64,000 nt of DNA from Selaginella moellendorffii (lineage: Eukaryota; Plantae; Lycopodiophyta), in contig NW_003314316.1 in assembly GCF_000143415.4 (NCBI RefSeq), forward strand, positions 453,220-517,219. Direction: 5' to 3'. Made by a program: the position numbers and the translations under genes. This document shows, one piece after another, positions 62,477 to 64,000 of this stretch. Below the pieces are notes generated by a model, which saw only the letters and a program-made list of their open reading frames with translations, did not search any database and was not told the DNA's origin. Numbering within the stretch: position 1 is the first letter of the stretch; each line of letters starts with the position of its first letter.

Positions 62477-62675
62477 TGCGAGAAGATCAAGCTCTTTGAT
62501 AACGACTTTGTTTGTTTCAGAGGAGCCCTAATCAGATGGACCAACGGCCGTGTCACAGTCATGTGAAAGTGACATGGTAGTTGGACCGAGAATACCGGCC
62601 GACTGGTGCCACGTGGCGGCATGCCATCAAAGAGAGATTTTTAGGGCTCATTTGGAAACCCTAACAGCGCTGGGG

Positions 62676-63604
62676 ATGGGCATCAAGGGGAGCAAGGATG
62701 TGCAATTGAATGACGTCTCCAAGATCGAGAGGAGAATGGTGGAGGCGATGCGCAAGCGCGCCAAGGCCGGACCATCGCCCTTCAAATCCTTCAACAGCAT
62801 TCTCATGAAATTCCCAAAGATTGACAAGTCCTTCGAGCAAGTGAGGGGCGTCTTCAAGAAATTTGGTAACTTCCCCTCTCTCTCCGTCGCAATAGCTTTG
62901 CTTATAAGATCCTTGTTCTTTGGATCTATCGCATCGCAGACAAGGATGATAGTGGAACCATCGATCTGGAGGAACTGAAGACGTGCTTCCGAGAGCTCCA
63001 GGTGGAGTTTACTGATACCGAGGTGAAAGCGTTCCATGAGGAGAGCGACATGGACAAGAGCAAAGGTGTGGACTTCAAGGAGTTTATCATCGTTCTAGCG
63101 TTGGTTTATCTGCTGGGCGAGACTGGCGCCAAGCCCGTCAAGCAAAAAGAGGAGGACAAAGGCAAGGGGTCTCAACTGAAAAATCTCGTAAGTGCTAAGC
63201 TTTCCTCTTGCTCCTTTTTTCTTCTTCCAAGCTGAGAACCTTCTCTAGAAATCTCGCATTGGTTTAGCGGAGCTTGAGTCGACTTTCGAGACGATTGTAG
63301 ACACTTTCAGGTTTTTCGACAAGGATGGCGATGGCTACGTGAGCAGGAAGGAGATGATCACGGCCATTAACGAGGCTTCTCCGGGGCAGTCCTCGTCGGG
63401 CGAGAGCATCGGCGTCAAGAGATTTGGTAACTCTCAAGAAAAAACCAGAAACTTCCGTAACTTTCTTCATGCTTCTCGTACTCGACAGAGGAAATGGATT
63501 GGGACAAGAATGGGATGATCACGTTTAAGGAGTTTCTGTTTGCTTTTACTGATTGGGTTGGGATCGAAGAAGAAGAAGATGCAGACGAAGACGAGGAAGA
63601 ATGA
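62676..63604 (+). CDS. Calmodulin-like EF-hand protein (CML21/22-like), possible N-myristoylation
   Basis: MGIKGSK; KSFNSILMKFPKID; four EF loops DKDDSGTID, DMDKSKGVD, DKDGDGYVS, DWDKNGMIT. Confidence 0.92.
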
Positions 63605-63863
63605 GACGTGAAGCCAAACTCGTTGTCCGGATGAGTTTTTTTTTTTTTTTCTCCTAACACATTCTCTGGAGGTAATTCGCTACTAGGCAAAATGGACAAC
63701 GCTTTAGAGGTCCCTTGACAAGCTTGATATGATTTCCTAGCAATATAAACAACAGCATTTGATCCCAAGTAACTCAAGCAGAAACACAAACGGGAAGAGA
63801 ATTGAAATACAATACCCTGAGGGATGCCATGCTACTTAACTTCGATCATGGCCACACAAACAC

Positions 63864-64000
63864 TTAACTTGCAAAGTTGGTGAGCATGTTGTGGAGTAGA
63901 GAGTATGCACCAAGGTGGCGTGGGTTCAACTGCAGAACACGCCGCACAATCCTGCACCCCAGACAGAAGTCATTCTGCATTCTGCACGCACCCAGCAGCG
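63864..64000 (-). CDS. 3' end of a PLS-E class PPR protein (runs off window)
   Basis: LLGACRMQND..VLQLNPRHLGAYSLLHNM..* matches an E-domain pattern. Confidence 0.7.
   Translation of the reverse strand, partial: LLGACRMQNDFCLGCRIVRRVLQLNPRHLGAYSLLHNMLTNFAS

Overview
This is a eukaryotic, gene-dense plant window with introns of about 50-60 nt and very short intergenic gaps. CVNH, PLS-PPR remnants and cilia genes suggest a lycophyte such as Selaginella (inference). At 1-2.9 kb are a Bin3/MePCE-type RNA methyltransferase and a G3P transporter. At 3-24.4 kb is a nested Ty3/gypsy (chromovirus-type) graveyard: a ~17 kb element inserted in an older LTR of its own family, a TRIM-like mini element, a solo LTR with a perfect TSD, a non-coding LARD-like element and several micro-inversions, all flanked by a diverged host duplication. 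At 24.4-64 kb are about 25 genes (COX16, PIG-P, plastid sigma factor, CVNH, LEA, dehydrin, RPS11, TPK, GMC oxidoreductase, dirigent, importin-11, DDX11, YrdC, lipin, CFAP20-like, NDUFAF5, VPS20, F-box, Chibby-like, CML), two tRNAs and several pseudogene fragments. Top leads: (1) the COX16 stop directly abuts the PIG-P start in frame (TGA-ATG), a candidate bicistronic mRNA; (2) an orphan intronless ORF joined to the DDX11 3' end through a predicted intron, a second candidate bicistron; (3) a repeated multi-hairpin/four-way-junction RNA motif with T-loop hairpins shared by two retroelement families. All calls were made by eye, without database searches.
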